A stretch of DNA of 32,000 bases, taken from the NCBI RefSeq assembly GCF_963967315.1, contig NZ_OZ017288.1, positions 510,001 to 542,000 on the forward strand. The letters are read 5' to 3'. Both the position numbers and the translations under genes were made by a program. Below, piece after piece: positions 31,083 through 32,000 of this stretch. Numbering within the stretch: the first letter of the stretch is position 1; every line of letters starts with the position of its first letter. The notes under the pieces were generated by a model. The model did not search any database and was not told the DNA's origin. It saw nothing but the letters and a program-made list of their open reading frames with translations. Origin of the DNA: Candidatus Minimicrobia sp. QA0096. GTDB taxonomy: Bacteria; Patescibacteriota; Saccharimonadia; Saccharimonadales; Saccharimonadaceae.

Positions 31083-32000
31083 ATGGCAAAAAAAGTTTTT
31101 TATGATGACGATGCGCGAAATCGCGTGCTTGGCGGCGCTAAGTCACTATACGACGCAGTTAAGGTAACTTACGGTCCAAAGGGTCGCAATGTTGTGATTG
31201 CGAAGGGTTTTGGTGGACCAACTGTTACTCATGACGGCGTAACTGTGGCTGAAGGAATTGAATTGCCAGAAAATGATGACGAAACGCTGGGCTATAAAGT
31301 CGGTGCCGATTTAATCAAACAGGCCGCTAAGAACTTGAACAAGCAAGCAGGCGACGGCACAACGACTGTAACGGTGTTGACGTACTCGATTTTGAAAGAG
31401 GCAAATCGATTGATTGCGGCTGGACATAATCCGATGGAACTTAGGAAAGGTATCGAGCAAGCTGGCGCGGAAATTGTTAAAGAATTGAACAAATTGGCTG
31501 AGCCGATTGAAGGCAAGTCTGATCGCGTGGCTGAAGTTGCTACGATTTCGGCGGGTGATGCAGAAATTGGTAAATTGATTGCTGGCGTAATCGAGAAAGT
31601 TGGCAAAGACGGCGTAGTTACTGTTGAGGCTGGTCAAGGCTTGGAGCTGGAAGCTGAAGTTGTCGAAGGTTTTAGCTTGGACAAGGGTTGGGTGAGTCCG
31701 TTCTTTGTTACTGATGCGGGTCGTCAGGAGGCTGTGTACGAAAAGCCAGCGATTTTGATTACCGATAAGAAGATTTCTAGTGTACAAGAATTCTTGCCAA
31801 TGTTGGAAAAATTGGCACAAAGCGGTAAAAAGGACGTTGTTCTGATTGCTGATGAAGTTGAAGGCGAAGCTTTGAGCATTTTGGTCTTGAACAAATTGAA
31901 GGGCGTATTCAATACCGTAGCTGTTAAGGCGCCAAGTTTCGGTGATCGTCGTAAAGATGTTCTTCGTGATATCGCTGTGCTGACTGGCGCGATTGTGATT
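31083..32000 (+). CDS. groEL: Chaperonin GroEL (3' end cut by window edge)
   Basis: Absent from the ORF track because there is no stop in the window. Hand translation from ATG 31083 gives MAKKVFYDDDARNRVLGGAKSLYDAVKVTYGPKGRNVVI...AGDGTTTVTVL...AVKAPSFGDRRKDVLRDIAVLTGA. An AGGGGAG RBS lies upstream. Confidence 0.95.
   Translation, partial: MAKKVFYDDDARNRVLGGAKSLYDAVKVTYGPKGRNVVIAKGFGGPTVTHDGVTVAEGIELPENDDETLGYKVGADLIKQAAKNLNKQAGDGTTTVTVLTYSILKEANRLIAAGHNPMELRKGIEQAGAEIVKELNKLAEPIEGKSDRVAEVATISAGDAEIGKLIAGVIEKVGKDGVVTVEAGQGLELEAEVVEGFSLDKGWVSPFFVTDAGRQEAVYEKPAILITDKKISSVQEFLPMLEKLAQSGKKDVVLIADEVEGEALSILVLNKLKGVFNTVAVKAPSFGDRRKDVLRDIAVLTGAIVI

Noticed and set aside
1-32000. CRISPR arrays, diversity-generating retroelement, or toxin-antitoxin or other defence cassettes.
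   Set aside because: No regularly spaced direct repeats were seen. There is no reverse-transcriptase-like ORF or template/variable repeat pair. There are no small paired ORFs of TA type.

Overview
This looks like a chromosomal segment from a small-genome bacterium, plausibly Patescibacteria/CPR (Saccharibacteria-like). That placement is inferred from gene content only and is unverified.

Left half (1-17.5 kb): a type IV secretion (T4SS)-like locus in two divergent arms.
- Minus-strand operon, about 14.8 kb, tightly packed and often translationally coupled. In order: lipoprotein, two tandem extended VirB6/TrbL-like polytopic proteins, PrgI/VirB3-like protein, a 294-aa soluble protein, VirB4-like ATPase, a 990-aa membrane protein ending in a peptidase-M15 (VanY-like) domain, a small bitopic protein, and a secreted lysozyme-like plus NlpC/P60-like hydrolase truncated at the window edge.
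- Plus-strand array of six small VirB2/TrbC-like pilin paralogs (15150-17457). A seventh paralog is orphaned at 20124-20531. tRNA-Asp sits between the two arms.
- No coupling protein (VirD4), relaxase, VirB11 or integrase is visible in the window.

Right half: housekeeping genes. These are hsp20, comFC-like, rlmH, four more tRNAs (Ser-CGA, Arg-GCG, Ser-GCU, Ser-UGA), a VanZ/RDD membrane protein, valS, a FemAB-family transferase, tsaD, murE, murF, a hypothetical protein with a possible PD-(D/E)xK motif, and a perfect CIRCE operator in front of groES-groEL (groEL truncated at the window end).

Coordinates: CDS coordinates follow the supplied ORF track, with starts adjusted where noted. Hand-derived coordinates for RNAs and regulatory sites may be off by 1-2 nt.

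All family assignments come from motifs read by eye. No database search was run.
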